Counted from the first letter of the whole stretch, positions 1 to 11,803 are shown. The stretch: DNA of 63,833 nt, filler included, from Olpidium bornovanus S191 (GCA_017911155.1; 30 parts of 30 records of this genome joined end to end with filler, not necessarily neighbours in it); one strand, 5' to 3'. Notes: a model not told the origin generated them from the letters alone. Program-made: numbers and translations.

Positions 1-55
1 CTCGGTAAAACGTCCGCCTCGGTAAAACGTCCGCCGCGCTTCGCAAAAAAAAAAA

Positions 56-89
<34 letters not shown>

Positions 90-460
90 CCCCCCCCCCC
101 CCCCCCTCTCCACGGGCCAGTGCGCTCGCAGGTGAATTCGCGCTTCACCCTCACGATTTGCCGAATCAACCCAACGGGAAAACCGTGTGCGCTCTTCTTT
201 GGGTCGTCTAGTGCAGCACCTTGCTGGCAAGTTGACAGCAGAAACGAAAATCAGGCCAGGTGTTTGCTCATAAGGCAGAGCAAGCCGCCGCGCGCCCCGG
301 CGCGGAACGCCGCGCAGAACGCCCGGAAGCACGCCCGGCCGCACCTGGCTGTCAAAGAGCCCGAGCCCCTCCTGTGACGGCTTTTGCGTCGGCGCAGGTC
401 AGAAACGTGTCGCACGCATTTAGTGCCGCGCGCCGCGTCTCAGTGAGACCGGCGGAGGAG

Positions 461-499
<39 letters not shown>

Positions 500-819
500 T
501 TTTTTTTTTTTTTTTTTCTTGAGACCGAACCCCAAACAAAGCCGCCGGCTCTTTTTCCTCCGCCCGGTCGCAAAAGAGCCGCCGCTCCGGGCGGTCACGT
601 GACCACGAGAGAAGCCCCCTCCATCCCCGCCCCGCCCCGCACGCACCGACCAACCCAGCAAACCCGCAACCCGCAACCCGCACGCACGCACGCGACCCGC
701 ACGCCCGCACGCGGCTAACCCGTGCGGGATCTCGACCGCGGCCTGTTTCGCCTGCGCCCCGGCGGCGCGTTTGGATCGTTTTCCGGCGGGGAGGAGGCCG
801 CGCGGAAGAGCAGCCCGCC

Positions 820-2002
820 ATGCGCTTTTCGGCGGACGTCTACGACTCGGAGGAGGACGAATGCCCGCCCAGCCCGTCGGGTCGCGCGCTCAGGCAGGTG
901 CGGCGCGTCGACTATTCGCAGAGCGGCCTCGCCGCGGCCGGCTTGGCCAGCCCGCGGAGGAAGAGGTCCGCGAGGACGCAGACCCCGGAAACGCGCGCCC
1001 CGGCCTTCGCGCTGACCCGGCCGACGGCGGCGCGCCCGGCTGACGAGGCGCCGCCGGCCAGCTCGCTGCGCTGGGCGCACCCGGCCGACGAAGGCGGCGC
1101 GCTCCCGGCCACGCCGCGGCCCTCGGTGCCGCCGGGCTCGTCGGCCGCCGGCGACCGCGACGGCGTGCCGCAAGCCCGGTTGGAACGGAGGGTCAGCTTC
1201 AACGAAAGCGTGGAGGTGAAGTATATGACCCCCGAGTCGTGCCGGTGGGCCGACGACGACGAGAACGAGCAGCAGCAGCGGCGGCAGCAGCAGCGGCACG
1301 CCCGCCAGGCGGACCGTGGTGCGTGGGCCCGGGCGGGGCAGTTTTTCGTAGGCCCGCTTAAGGCCGAGAACAGCGGGGCGAGCCGGGAAGGCGTGCCGCA
1401 CCGGCCGCAGACCCCGGTCGCCCGCCGCCCTTCGCCGACGCTTCCCAGGCTTTGGAACGCGTTGCGAGCGTTGGACCTCTTCCTGGGCTTCGTCGTGCGC
1501 AAGACCGCCTTCGCCGTGGCCCTCGTTGTACGGCTCTTTTTCGGCCTTTTGTTTTCGGAAGGCAACGGTCTGTTTGCCGCGCCGCCGGCTGGCACTGCGG
1601 CCAGTGCCGTCCCGTTCGCCGGGGAACGGAAGCCCGGCAGGTTTCCCTCGATCGTGACGTACAGCTCCCTCGTTGGGCTCCTCTGCTGGTTGCTTGCCGT
1701 GAAAATCCAATATACGCGCCCTTTCGACGGGACTGTGCCCGACGGCGGAGACGGCGCCGCAGTGGACGGGATTCCGTTTCCCGTGGCGGGAACGGGCGAT
1801 GTGAGGAGGGTGGAGGACTCCAGGGCGATTTACCGCGAGTCGACCTGGAAGGAGCCCCCATGGTTCTACGCGGAACCTGGCGAGCCGATAGCAGTCATAC
1901 AGCTGAGTAACAAGAAGGTTTCTGAGGTCGAAGACGAGGGCGCTGTCAGCATCGGGGCAGCCCCCACTGCGGCAGCGCGTCATCCGGCCGCAAGCGAAAC
2001 AG
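820..2002 (+). CDS. Hypothetical protein (3'-partial): Pro/Ala/Arg-rich N-terminus, RVxF-like motif and two hydrophobic segments
   Basis: ATG-initiated ORF of about 394 codons running to the contig end. Contains RRVSFNESVEV, LDLFLGFVVRKTAFAVALVVRLFFGLLF and IVTYSSLVGLLCWLLAVKI. No family recognised. Confidence 0.5.
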
Positions 2003-2102
2003 NNNNNNNNNNNNNNNNNNNNNNNNNNNNNNNNNNNNNNNNNNNNTTAATTAATTAANNNNNNNNNNNNNNNNNNNNNNNNNNNNNNNNNNNNNNNNNN
2101 NN
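2003..2102. other. Artificial contig spacer (44 N + TTAATTAATTAA + 44 N); first of 29 identical spacers
   Basis: The identical 100-nt structure recurs at 3380, 4651, 6095, 7584, 11251 ... 62221. TTAATTAATTAA places stops in all six frames. Confidence 0.98.
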
Positions 2103-2125
2103 GAAACACCCCCCCCCCCCCCCCG

Positions 2126-2188
<63 letters not shown>

Positions 2189-2305
2189 GGGGCGCCCCCC
2201 CCCCCCCCCCTCCCCCCCCCCCCCCCTTATCTCCCCAGCGTTGCGCTCATTCCGGCCCGCCGTTCGCATTCCCCCTTCTCTCGCGTTTCTCGCTCCGTTT
2301 CGCAG

Positions 2306-2884
2306 CAACATCGCTTGCAAGCATTACAATTACGGGGAAGGCAGCTGTCCCTTCGGTAAGAATAGCCCGAGGAGAACTGCCGATTCCTTTTGCGAAAAGC
2401 CACCGTTTTTTTCCTTCTTTCCGCACCTCCTCGGCGGGGAAGCCGCGCGCCGCGTTTTTGGCCAAGGAGAGGGGTTTTTCTTTCCGGCTCTCGCAAACCC
2501 TTTCTTTTTTTTTCGTCCGTTTTTTTTTTGCTGTTGTTGTTGCACTTCGCAGGGACATCCTGCCACTACGCCCACATCAACCGCGACGGCACGCGGCAAG
2601 AGGTCACGCTGCGAAAGTACGTGGACGAGAACGAGGACATGCACATCATGTCTGCCGTGAGGTAAATTTTTTTTTTTCGGGGGGGTTTTTTTTCCTGTTA
2701 TTCGCCGCGTTCTCGCCGCCCCGCCGTCCTCCCTTTTTCCCCCAGCCGCCGCCCGCGTTTCCCCTTCCCCACCCTGTTTTCTCGTCGAAAAAAATAAAAA
2801 AGAAAAAGGTGTACTGAAACCGCGCTCTTCGTTTCTCTCTCTTCCCTCCTGTTTCACCGGAACAGATTGTCCGACTTCCTCTGA
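2306..2884 (+). CDS. Makorin-like RING/CCCH E3 ligase, C-terminal three exons
   Basis: GT-AG exons 2306-2355, 2553-2661 and 2866-2884 splice in frame to NIACKHYNYGEGSCPFGTSCHYAHINRDGTRQEVTLRKYVDENEDMHIMSAVRLSDFL*. This is the C-x7-C-x5-C-x3-H finger typical of the makorin C-terminus. Confidence 0.75.
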
Positions 2885-3185
2885 GTCTGGAATGTTCCCC
2901 CCACCCCCCTCCCCCCCGGGAAATTTTTCGCGCGGCACCCGGCGCGGACCCGGGAAAGAAAGAGGGGAGGGGGGATGGGGGGGAGGGGGGGTGTGGACAA
3001 AGAAAAAGTTTTTTTTTTTCTTTTCGGGTAGGGGCGAAATTTTCACGTAACGCCCGACTGCAGGTATCTCAAAAGGAACATAATTATGTAAACGAAACAC
3101 GCAAAAAAAAATAAAGATAAAAGATGCGCCCTTGCCCTCTCTCAACCCTGTCCTAATTTTTTTTTTTTTTCCTTTTTCTTTTTTT

Positions 3186-3217
<32 letters not shown>

Positions 3218-4260
3218 CCCACCCCCCGCGGGCCCCCCCCCCCCCCCCCCCCCCCGGGGGGGGGGGGGGGGGGAAAAGGGGGGGGGGGGGGGGGGGGGGC
3301 GCGGGGGCGGGTCTACGTAACTGCCAACTTGTGCGCAACGGCGGCGTGAAAGTGCATTCTGGATGCGTCCCTTGTGCCANNNNNNNNNNNNNNNNNNNNN
3401 NNNNNNNNNNNNNNNNNNNNNNNTTAATTAATTAANNNNNNNNNNNNNNNNNNNNNNNNNNNNNNNNNNNNNNNNNNNNAGAAACAGACCTGTGCTCAAT
3501 AATGCGCAATTAATACACGACGAGCGTACTTGAACTACGAATGCCCTGATTCCTCTAGAGGATACGTAGGCAGTCTATGAACCGCGGGAAACCTCGGGGA
3601 AATGCGGGAGAGAGAAATGATCGTTGCAAAATGTTGGTTCACCGAACTGCAACACGAGAAAATGGAGGACACATTTGGGACGTTTTCGACGATCGAACGG
3701 GACGGGGAGAGGTGGCGCTCCAGCGCTCTGGCCTCCGTGGAACAGGATCAAAAGGAACGAGATCCCGCGTTCCGAGCTGCATCGGGAAAATAAAGGGAAA
3801 CGATACCACTGGGAGAATATGATCCAAAACTGCCGGTTCGAATTCCTGATTTGGGCCCTGACATTCCATGTGACGGGAGAACCGTCGTATGCAAGGGAAG
3901 AGGACGGCATCTACGAACTAGTAGGAGGATCTTCCCTCGCGGAAGATGGGAGGTGCCTGGGAGTGGGCAGGACAAGCAGCGAACTGCCGGTGGCAGGATC
4001 GGGCAGTGTGGTTGAGGGCGCAGCCGAAAGCGAAGTCGTTGCCGGAACAGTCAAGCCGGTTTTAGATGCAGGCGTTCTGCCGGGAGCCGCGCTGAACGAC
4101 GAGATGGCTGGTACTCGAACTACCGACGGTTGGGAGGATCCGGGGCTGGGGGTACCTACCGTTGCCGGAACGGAGGCAGCGGGTTGCCTGGGTTGTGCAA
4201 CAGACGCAGAACTAGATTCAACAACCGTTGGCGTTGAAGCCGCCGCAGTGCCAGAGCGGG

Positions 4261-4650
4261 TCATGCGTCAGCGGAGGACGGATTATCAGGGGTAGCGACC
4301 GAGGAACCAGACGGCGGCGCGAGGGCAGAAACCGACAGGGAAGGAGCAGCCGACGCGGCAGAAGACCGGGTAAGACGGCGGCGACGAGCCGGAGGGGGTT
4401 GATCGCCGTCATCGCCTTCTCTGGGATTGGCCGAGTTGTGACCTCCACCTTCGCTGCTGTCACTTTCGTTTCCTGTATCGTTTCGCCAAAGGTCAGCGAA
4501 GAGGAAGCTCCGCGTACGCACTTGGCCGTCGGCGATTCGTGAAGTTAGTGCTGGGAAGGATTCTCGACGGCGTGCCCACTCGAGTATGACGTTATAGGAG
4601 GAGGCGGTCAAGCGGGATGAGGGAAACCAGCAGGAACGGGCGCGCCCAAG
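4261..4650 (-). repeat. Unclassified multicopy repeat family, copy A
   Basis: Aligns by eye to 7193-7583 (+). Both encode YNVILEWARRRESFPALTSRI.DGQVRTRSFLFADLWRNDTGNES. Confidence 0.85.
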
Positions 4651-5016
4651 NNNNNNNNNNNNNNNNNNNNNNNNNNNNNNNNNNNNNNNNNNNNTTAATT
4701 AATTAANNNNNNNNNNNNNNNNNNNNNNNNNNNNNNNNNNNNNNNNNNNNCATGTATCACACGTAGCCCAGGTGGTGTGAAGTGGACGCCTGGAGCATGT
4801 GCAAGGGGAATCTGCATTCTTCGGTGGAAGCCTTGAAACGGCGGGCAGAGCGCAGGGAGGAGCGGGGCAGCAGCGGCGCAGGCCCGTGCGTGGCGAGCGA
4901 GAGCCAGACTTTTGCTTGCTCGCTCTCCTCTCGTTTTTTCGCTCAACCCTCCCTCCCCTCCCCTCACGCACGCACGCACGCGGGAGATAAAAAAAAAAAG
5001 AGAGAATAAGGAGGCA

Positions 5017-6094
5017 ATGGCTCCCTCGGTGACCGCAGAGACGGAGGTCGGCGTGGCCAATCTCCCGAATCAGCGCCACAAGATCGTCACCCAGAAGGGC
5101 GCGAACTTCACCGTCATGGTCGCCGGTGTGTGCGTGTGTCTGCGCACGCGGAGGGGGGTGAATAGAGCGGGCGGCGGGATCAGGCGGCGCCCCCGCTCGC
5201 GTCCGCTCCTAGACCGCTGGTCGGGCCTCCCGCCCCTTCGGCGGCACGTCCCTCGGCATGCGCAACGTTTCCGCCGGTCTGCTGCGCGGACTCCCCCCCC
5301 CCCGACCCTCCTCCTTCCCCCTTTTTACTCCCGGAATGAAGGACCGCTCCGCTGACCTTTTCGGTTTCTCTCTTGTCAGGCGAGTCGGGCCTTGGAAAGA
5401 CCACGTTCATCAACACCCTGTTGACACTCCCGATCAAGGCGCACAGAAATGCCGACGAACGGCACGCCAAGCAACTGTCGAAGACGATCGAGATCGAAGT
5501 TACCAGGGCGGGTATGACAACAAGTCACGTCAGACGCGCCGCTGGCCGTCAGGCAAAAAGACCCGTCAACCGCCCGCCGGAGCTGATTTCTTGCGGCCCA
5601 AACCGATCTTTTCACCCGACCTCCCGCCCCGCATTCACCCGCGCGGTTTTCTTCAGAATTGGAGGAAAGAATGTTCTCCGTTCGCCTGGCGATCGTTGAC
5701 ACGCCTGGTTTTGGCGACTACGTCGATAACCGGAATAACTGGGTCCCAATTGTGGAATACATTGACAACCAATACGAGAACTATTTCCGCCAGGAGAGAA
5801 TGCCGCGGCGTCATAACATCGAAGATAACAGAGTCCACGCAGTCTTGTACTTCATCAGGCCTACGGGACACACGTACGCCGCGGTCCCCCAATCAAATTT
5901 TTTTATACGGACTTCCTGTCTCAACGTCTTTGACACTATTCGCCCGTAGGCTAAAACCTCTAGACGTCGAGGCCATGAAACACCTTTCGAAGCGCGTCAA
6001 CCTGGTCCCGGTGATTGGCAAAGCTGACAGTTTGTCCCCGCGTGACCTCGAGGCATTCAAGAAGCGGGTGCGAAAAGTGATCGACGCGAACGGC
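5017..6094 (+). CDS. CDC12: Septin, Cdc12/AspC subfamily (3'-partial, 4 exons)
   Basis: Exons 5017-5125, 5380-5511, 5657-5873 and 5950-6094 give GVANLPNQRHKIV, GESGLGKTTFINTL (P-loop), VDTPGFGD, NRVHAVLYFIRPTGH and VNLVPVIGKAD. Confidence 0.93.
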
Positions 6095-6361
6095 NNNNNN
6101 NNNNNNNNNNNNNNNNNNNNNNNNNNNNNNNNNNNNNNTTAATTAATTAANNNNNNNNNNNNNNNNNNNNNNNNNNNNNNNNNNNNNNNNNNNNGAAGCG
6201 CGAAGCGAAGCCGAAGCGCCGAAGCCGGCTGAGGGTGCCGGAGCGAAGACGGGCTACGGGTGCTGATGGCGAAGCCGAGCCAAGCGAAGCCGGAACTACG
6301 GGTGCCGATGGCAGCAGTGGCAGCGGCGGCGGAGAGCGGCGGCAGGCGTCAGAGTCCGGTT

Positions 6362-6373
6362 GGGCTCATAACC
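6362..6373 (-). other. LTR-retrotransposon primer-binding site complementary to the tRNAiMet anticodon arm (half-tRNA primer)
   Basis: GGTTATGAGCCC on the minus strand, directly after the LTR terminus ...CAAACA. Confidence 0.85.
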
Positions 6374-6525
6374 TGTTTGAGAGTTATGTGTTTCGCCGCG
6401 CGGTGCGGCTCCTTTTATTCATAGAGGAAGTTTACGCGTTATAGTACAGTACAAACATTGTGGGGTTCTGACCAAGAACAGACGTAGGAGAAAAGAGAAT
6501 AAAGAAGAAAGAAATAGACTCAACA
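6374..6525 (-). mobile_element. 5' LTR (about 152 bp) of a Ty1/copia-type element
   Basis: TGTTGAG...CTCAAACA termini on the minus strand, abutting the PBS. Contains the CGCGGCGAAA motif. Confidence 0.7.
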
Positions 6526-6820
6526 GTAGTCTCATTCGCGACGCCGTCTTTCTCATCTCTTCTTCCGCGAAGTCCTCTGCTTCCATGCGCAGCAACACCT
6601 GTATGCGCAATGCCTTTTCGCAACCGGCGTCACAATGAAGCGACACGCCAGGTTTTCACCGCCTTTTGGAACCATCGTCTGCGGGACTTTCGGAGTATTT
6701 CTGCAACCGCCGCCGCTTGCGTCGCGCAACGGCCTTCACCCGAATGCGAAGCGACTCTTCGTGGTTGAATGATCCGCTTCGTCCATTTCTGTTGGCGTTT
6801 CCGCGCCATGGGAGATCGCG

Positions 6821-7583
6821 ATGACGTCGAAGTTTGCGTCGCCCTACTGCAGTATGCCTGTTGAGCACGACGACAAGTTCGCACTGCGTCTCTTCCTAGT
6901 TCTGACTGCTTCTCTTCTCCGCAGACTGCGTCGGTCCATGATCATGTCATTCTGCCAAGTGATGCAGTGGCCTCCGGCAGTCTTTCTCCCTGCAGACCCT
7001 CGCGAGCTCGAGTTCCTCTTCCTTCCGTCCGATCTCCAATACTGCGGTCCTGACGGCTCGTTTGACCGCGATTATGATCCGCGACCCGACCCCGTCGTTG
7101 ACGATTCTTATATCCAGTGTCGCTTTTTGGTAGACGAGGTCTCGGCCTCCTCCCCCGACGCCAAACTCCCAGACGACTTCGTCTCTCCGGTCCTTGGGCG
7201 CGCCTGTTCCGGTTGGTTTCCCTCATCCCGTTTGACCGCTTCCGCCTATAACGTCATACTTGAGTGGGCGCGTCGTCGAGAATCCTTTCCAGCGCTAACG
7301 TCACGGATCCTCGACGGCCAAGTGCGTACGCGGAGCTTCCTCTTTGCTGACCTTTGGCGAAACGATACAGGAAACGAAAGTGGCAGCGGCAAAGGTGGAG
7401 GTCGCAACTTGGCCGGTCCCAGAGAAGGCGATGACGGCGATCAACCTCCTCCGGCTCATCGCCGCCGTCTCACTCGGCCCTCCGGCGCGTCGGCTGCCCC
7501 TTCCGTGTCGGCTTCTGCCCCCGCGCCGCCGTCTGGTTCCTCGGCCCCCACCCTCAATAATCTGTCCCCCGCTGGACGCATGA
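6821..7583 (+). mobile_element. ORF of the unclassified repeat family, copy B (3'-partial)
   Basis: ORF of about 254 codons whose 3' part is a diverged copy of 4261-4650. Multicopy and intronless, hence probably TE-derived. Confidence 0.5.
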
Positions 7584-7814
7584 NNNNNNNNNNNNNNNNN
7601 NNNNNNNNNNNNNNNNNNNNNNNNNNNTTAATTAATTAANNNNNNNNNNNNNNNNNNNNNNNNNNNNNNNNNNNNNNNNNNNNAAAAAAAAAGAAAAAAA
7701 AAGAAAAAAAAAGAAAAAAAAGGAGAAAATAAGAACAAAAAAAAAGAAAACAAGGAAAAAAGAAGAAAAAAAAGCAAAGGAAAGAAGGAAAAATAAACCC
7801 CCCCGTTCTTCCGA

Positions 7815-8796
7815 TCAGCGTCCGGATCTAACAGGTTCCGTTAGAGAACGGCGGCGATCCAACATCTCCCCCCATCACCCCCCCCCCGCCCCCCGGGGAA
7901 AACGCACATTGCAAAAGCGCCCTGCGCTTTGGCCGTCGCGGAGCCCCTCCAGATCCTGGTGTCGACGCCTCGAGCGTCGCCGTTGTTGGAGCGGCTTTCG
8001 ATCTCATTAATCATAAGCTGTTCAGCCGTGGCGCGGATCATCGCCAGGGTCACGTCCTCCTGCTCGCGGGACAAGGGCACGGCCATTTCGGGATTCTCCT
8101 CCGCGGCGGCCTTCGAGGTCTCCCCCGTTCGCGAAGGAAAGGCGACGGCGGGTCAGGGTCTTCCTCCGAGTGCCCGGGGGCGATTTCGACGGGGCGCGCG
8201 CGCGCGCTCCCCGCCCTACCAGGTCGAGCTTCTCCTCCCCGGCTTGCGCTTCGGCGACGCGCAGCTTGGCGAGCGCGGCTTGCATGTCCGCAGCAGGTCC
8301 GCCGGCCATGACTTCGCCGGAAGCCGCCTCGCGGCTCGCGCGGGAGGCGACCTCCTCGGCGAGGGCCTTGTCGAGCTGTGCCGGGGGCATTGCCGGGCCT
8401 TTGGGGGGGTTCATGACCTTGGCGACCGGCAGGTTATGCTCCCGGGAGACCCCCGCGGCAAAAATGTGGTTTTGGCAGGGAAAAAAAAGGTTGTTTCAAA
8501 GTTCGCCACCGGGGGAAAAGAAGGCGGGGCGGCCGAGCCGAAAGACCGGTCGCCGGCTGAGTCCCGCAAAAGTAAGCTCGGGGGAAGGGGGCGGCGGCAA
8601 CCGGGCAGGACGACGACCACGACGTAACGCACTCGGTGACGGCGCCCTGGATCTTTGCGCCGGCGCTTCCCTTGGGCTTGAAGCGGAAGGCCTCCCTCTC
8701 TGCCCTGTCGATCGCGGACTGCTGGGCTTTGAGGCCGCGCAGGACCATCTCCTCGTGGCCGGTCATCGCCGGCTTCTCCTTGTGCTGGCGGTCCAT
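7815..8796 (-). CDS. Small SMP/LEA-like (seed-maturation-protein-type) repeat protein, 4 exons
   Basis: ATG at 8796; exons about 8796-8630 (junction uncertain), about 8437-8220, 8119-7908 and 7827-7815 (CTAAC branch point, TAG acceptor). Three repeats: KGSAGAKIQGAV, GGPAADMQAAL and RGSATAKAQGAF. Confidence 0.55.
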
Positions 8797-9824
8797 TTTT
8801 TTGATTTTTTTTTTTTCTCGTCGGCACAGCGGTGCGGGCGCGTCGAGCGCGCGGCGAGACGGGCGAGACGACCGCAAAAGAAAGACGCGGCGAGATGAGC
8901 GAGAGCGAGAGAGAGAGAGCAGAGAGAGAGCGGAAAGAGAGCGACGGAGGGAGAGGTAAAAGTCAAAGAGGATAAAAAAAATGCATGGCAACGCGGCAAG
9001 CGCAGGAGAGGTGGACGACCTCGGAAGCCGACGCAGCAACCACAACCGCCACCGGTCACCGCTGCCCGGGAATTTACAGATTCGGATTTTATCAAGGAAA
9101 ACCTGTTAATCCTGATTTGCAGAGGAAGGAAAAGCACGTGCGGCAGCTAGCAGTCCTCAGGAGCAAAAGATGAATCGCGACCGGGGCGTGAGCCCCGCCG
9201 AACATCGATCGGTTTTTACCAGCGGATCTCGGTTTTGCTAGTAAAATCGAACATCCCGAGGGCGGGGGGATCCCGAGGGCGGGGGGGAAGGGGTCGGGGT
9301 GGAATGTGTACAGGTGATCCCAAATTCCCATTGATTGTTTAGGCTAGTCGAAAACAGGCTGTTTTTGGTCTGGCAAAACATTTAGTGAGAATCTCCAAAT
9401 CCGGACTAAAATGGGCCTCCTGTGGAGTGTTTGACTCTCGTTTTTGTGTATCCTGTGATATGCACGAGGCTTCGGATTTGGGCACCAGGAGTACCCCTCA
9501 GGATGCCACAGACAGGGGTGCCCCGTGGGAGGGGTTTACGTTCCTTAAGGTGGGCCGTACGGTTGAAAAATCATGGGAACCACCCTTGCACGTGGGGTTG
9601 ACGACGACCGGCGGGTCGGGGCGAAGCAGAACGCCGCGACAGCAGGAGCTCGCTCGCTCCACGAGGGGGGTGATTAGGCGGAAGAAGCCCAGCATTAAAT
9701 TTTGGAGCTCAGATGGAAGACGGGGAGAGTAGGCGAGCACGCGAGAAAAGGCGAACCGAGGGACTTTTCTTTGCGTTGACATCCATCGTACTCTTCTTTT
9801 GGAAGGCGGGAACCTAGAAATTTG

Positions 9825-9974
9825 CCGGAAACAGGAACGGGCAAGTAAGCGGGGGGGGGGGGTTGTAGGGGGCAAACAGGGAAAAAGATTAGCTGATGAA
9901 CTTCCGGAAACAGGAACGGGCGGGGAAGGGGGGGGTTTGTAGGGAACAAACAGGGAAAAATAATAGTTGATGAA
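9825..9974. repeat. Imperfect tandem duplication, period about 79 bp
   Basis: CCGGAAACAGGAACGGGC...AAACAGGGAAAAA...GATGAA occurs at 9825 and at 9904. Confidence 0.85.
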
Positions 9975-11803
9975 AAGATTTGACTCCCTAAGCCGCGCCT
10001 CTAGAGTTGATCAGAAGAACACGACTCCGTGAGCCGCGCCTCTGGCGCGGGGGAGGCACGGAGCTCGAAGGCTGAAGCTGAAGGCCAAGAGCGAGGCCGA
10101 GGGGGGAGCGGTAGTAGTTCCTCCCGTCATGCAAAGCGGGGCCCCGTGCAGAGAGGCGGCGTTTTGTCACGCCCTGAAGATTCTTTTTTTCTTCTTCGGT
10201 TTCTTCTCGTCCTTCGTCACGCGCGGGCCCGCTGTCCTTTCCGCCTTCCGTCCGGTCCCGAGAAGTCAACAAGGCGGGGAGAAAAAGGGGGCAAGGGTGG
10301 TCAGGACGGGGAATGGGGGGGGGGGGGGAAGGGGGGGGGGGGGGCCCAAGGGGGTGAACGCGAAACAAAAAGGAACTAAACCGCCAACGCAAAGGGGGGA
10401 CGTATGATAATAATGAAAGAAATAAAAAAGGAAAATAATGGCGCGAGGGCAGGGCGGGGCGGTGCTGCCGATGACTGCTGCCGTATATATAATCCGCCCA
10501 CCCCCCCCCCGCGCGCCTGCCGTCATCCCTCTCGATCAAGGCCCCTGCCCCCGCACACCCACGCCCCGGCGCCAAATTATGGCACCCCTTGGCCCCGCTT
10601 TCGTCGCCCTCGGCTGCGCCCTCGCCGTCGTCGTCGCCGGCGTCCCCATGCATCGCATCATGGATTTTTTCCATCCCAGACGTGTCAGCGGTACGGGTGA
10701 AGGAGAGACCGAGAGAGAAAAAAGAGGGGAGAGCGGATTTCCGCGGCCGCGCTGGAGGATACCCTCCAGGCTTACCTTCCCTGGTTTTTCGCCACTTATC
10801 CATCGACAACGAAGCTTTCAACAGCAATTATGAGGGCGGGTCTTCCAGTTCTTCCCAGGCCCCGCAACTCCCACCTGACAGTGAGTAAGGAAGGATCATC
10901 GCGTCGGAGTTTATGGAGGGGCATGGTGGTGGTGTTGGTGGTGATGAAAGAGGGTGGTGAGGGGGGATTTGGTTTCTGGACGGAAACGTAATTCCAAGAC
11001 TCTCGCTGTCAGCCTTTGCAGCGTTACATCCCGAGATAGGCGATGAGCACCGAGCGCGGGTTCCCGACCAGGCCGATAATAGCATCGAAGTGCAAAGAGT
11101 TTATGTTACGATGCCGGGCGCAGCCGGTGAGGGCGGCGGCGTGCGCGCGGCTTCGGCTCCGAGACCAGCAACAGCCCGTTGCTTACGGTGACATTTTGCT
11201 TTTGCGTCGCAGCCGCCGCCGCTTTGATTGCCGACGACGACGGCATCATGNNNNNNNNNNNNNNNNNNNNNNNNNNNNNNNNNNNNNNNNNNNNTTAATT
11301 AATTAANNNNNNNNNNNNNNNNNNNNNNNNNNNNNNNNNNNNNNNNNNNNACGTAGTAAATTTTTGGATGAGTAAATAAATTGCGTTGGCCTTGACTTTC
11401 CGGCAAAATGCTGGCACCAGAATTTCGGACTGCCGTTCGGAACGGTGGTTAGGGTGCAATTGTGGGCCATGTCACGTGACCGGCAGTCCTCCTTGGGGAT
11501 ATCCGGTGCGCGCGAAGGCCCTCTCTCCGCCAACCAAAGGATACCAGTCAACCCAACAAGAGCGACCTTCATGACGGTACGACTGCCGAGAAAACAGCGG
11601 TGCCCCGCTGGGCGGAGAGGAGGGTGGAGGACGCGTAGGAAGGAGAAAAGAAAAAAGTTGATGACCGTGTGCGCACCCATCGCGCGAGGAGCCAGCGTGC
11701 GGTCAACGGAAGCACCCGCGATTCTATTTTCCACTTTTATCCCCACGCACTTCCGGTTAACGCGTGCGAGACGCATGCCTTCAAATTCCCTGTTCAGTCT
11801 AGG

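Noticed and set aside
1-34. 17-bp perfect tandem repeat CTCGGTAAAACGTCCGC x2 at the window start
   Set aside because: Only two copies, truncated by the window edge; not telomere-like and not interpretable.
715-1983. Many long antisense or overlapping ORFs (also 20075-20866, 43605-44621, 57006-57800, 58700-59416)
   Set aside because: These are shadow frames of GC-rich genes with few stop codons and no family motifs.
2103-2230. Long poly-C/G/A/T runs giving poly-Gly/Pro/Lys/Phe ORFs (also about 3150-3300, 13850-13898, 16850-16950, 33880-33970, 60320-60416)
   Set aside because: They are concentrated at contig ends and in introns. Lengths are probably unreliable and they are not coding.
6362-6373. 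GGGCTCATAACC read as a tRNA-iMet gene
   Set aside because: The flanks cannot form D-arm, T-arm or acceptor stem, and all five copies abut LTR termini, so they are PBSs.
8431-8443. AGGTTATGCTCCC resembling a sixth PBS
   Set aside because: It has two mismatches, no AACA LTR end, and lies at an exon boundary of the SMP-like gene.
10800-11250. Possible multi-exon minus-strand gene fragment (MMPSSAIK...; FDAIIGLVGNPRSVLIAYLG)
   Set aside because: No product is recognisable and the exon path is ambiguous.
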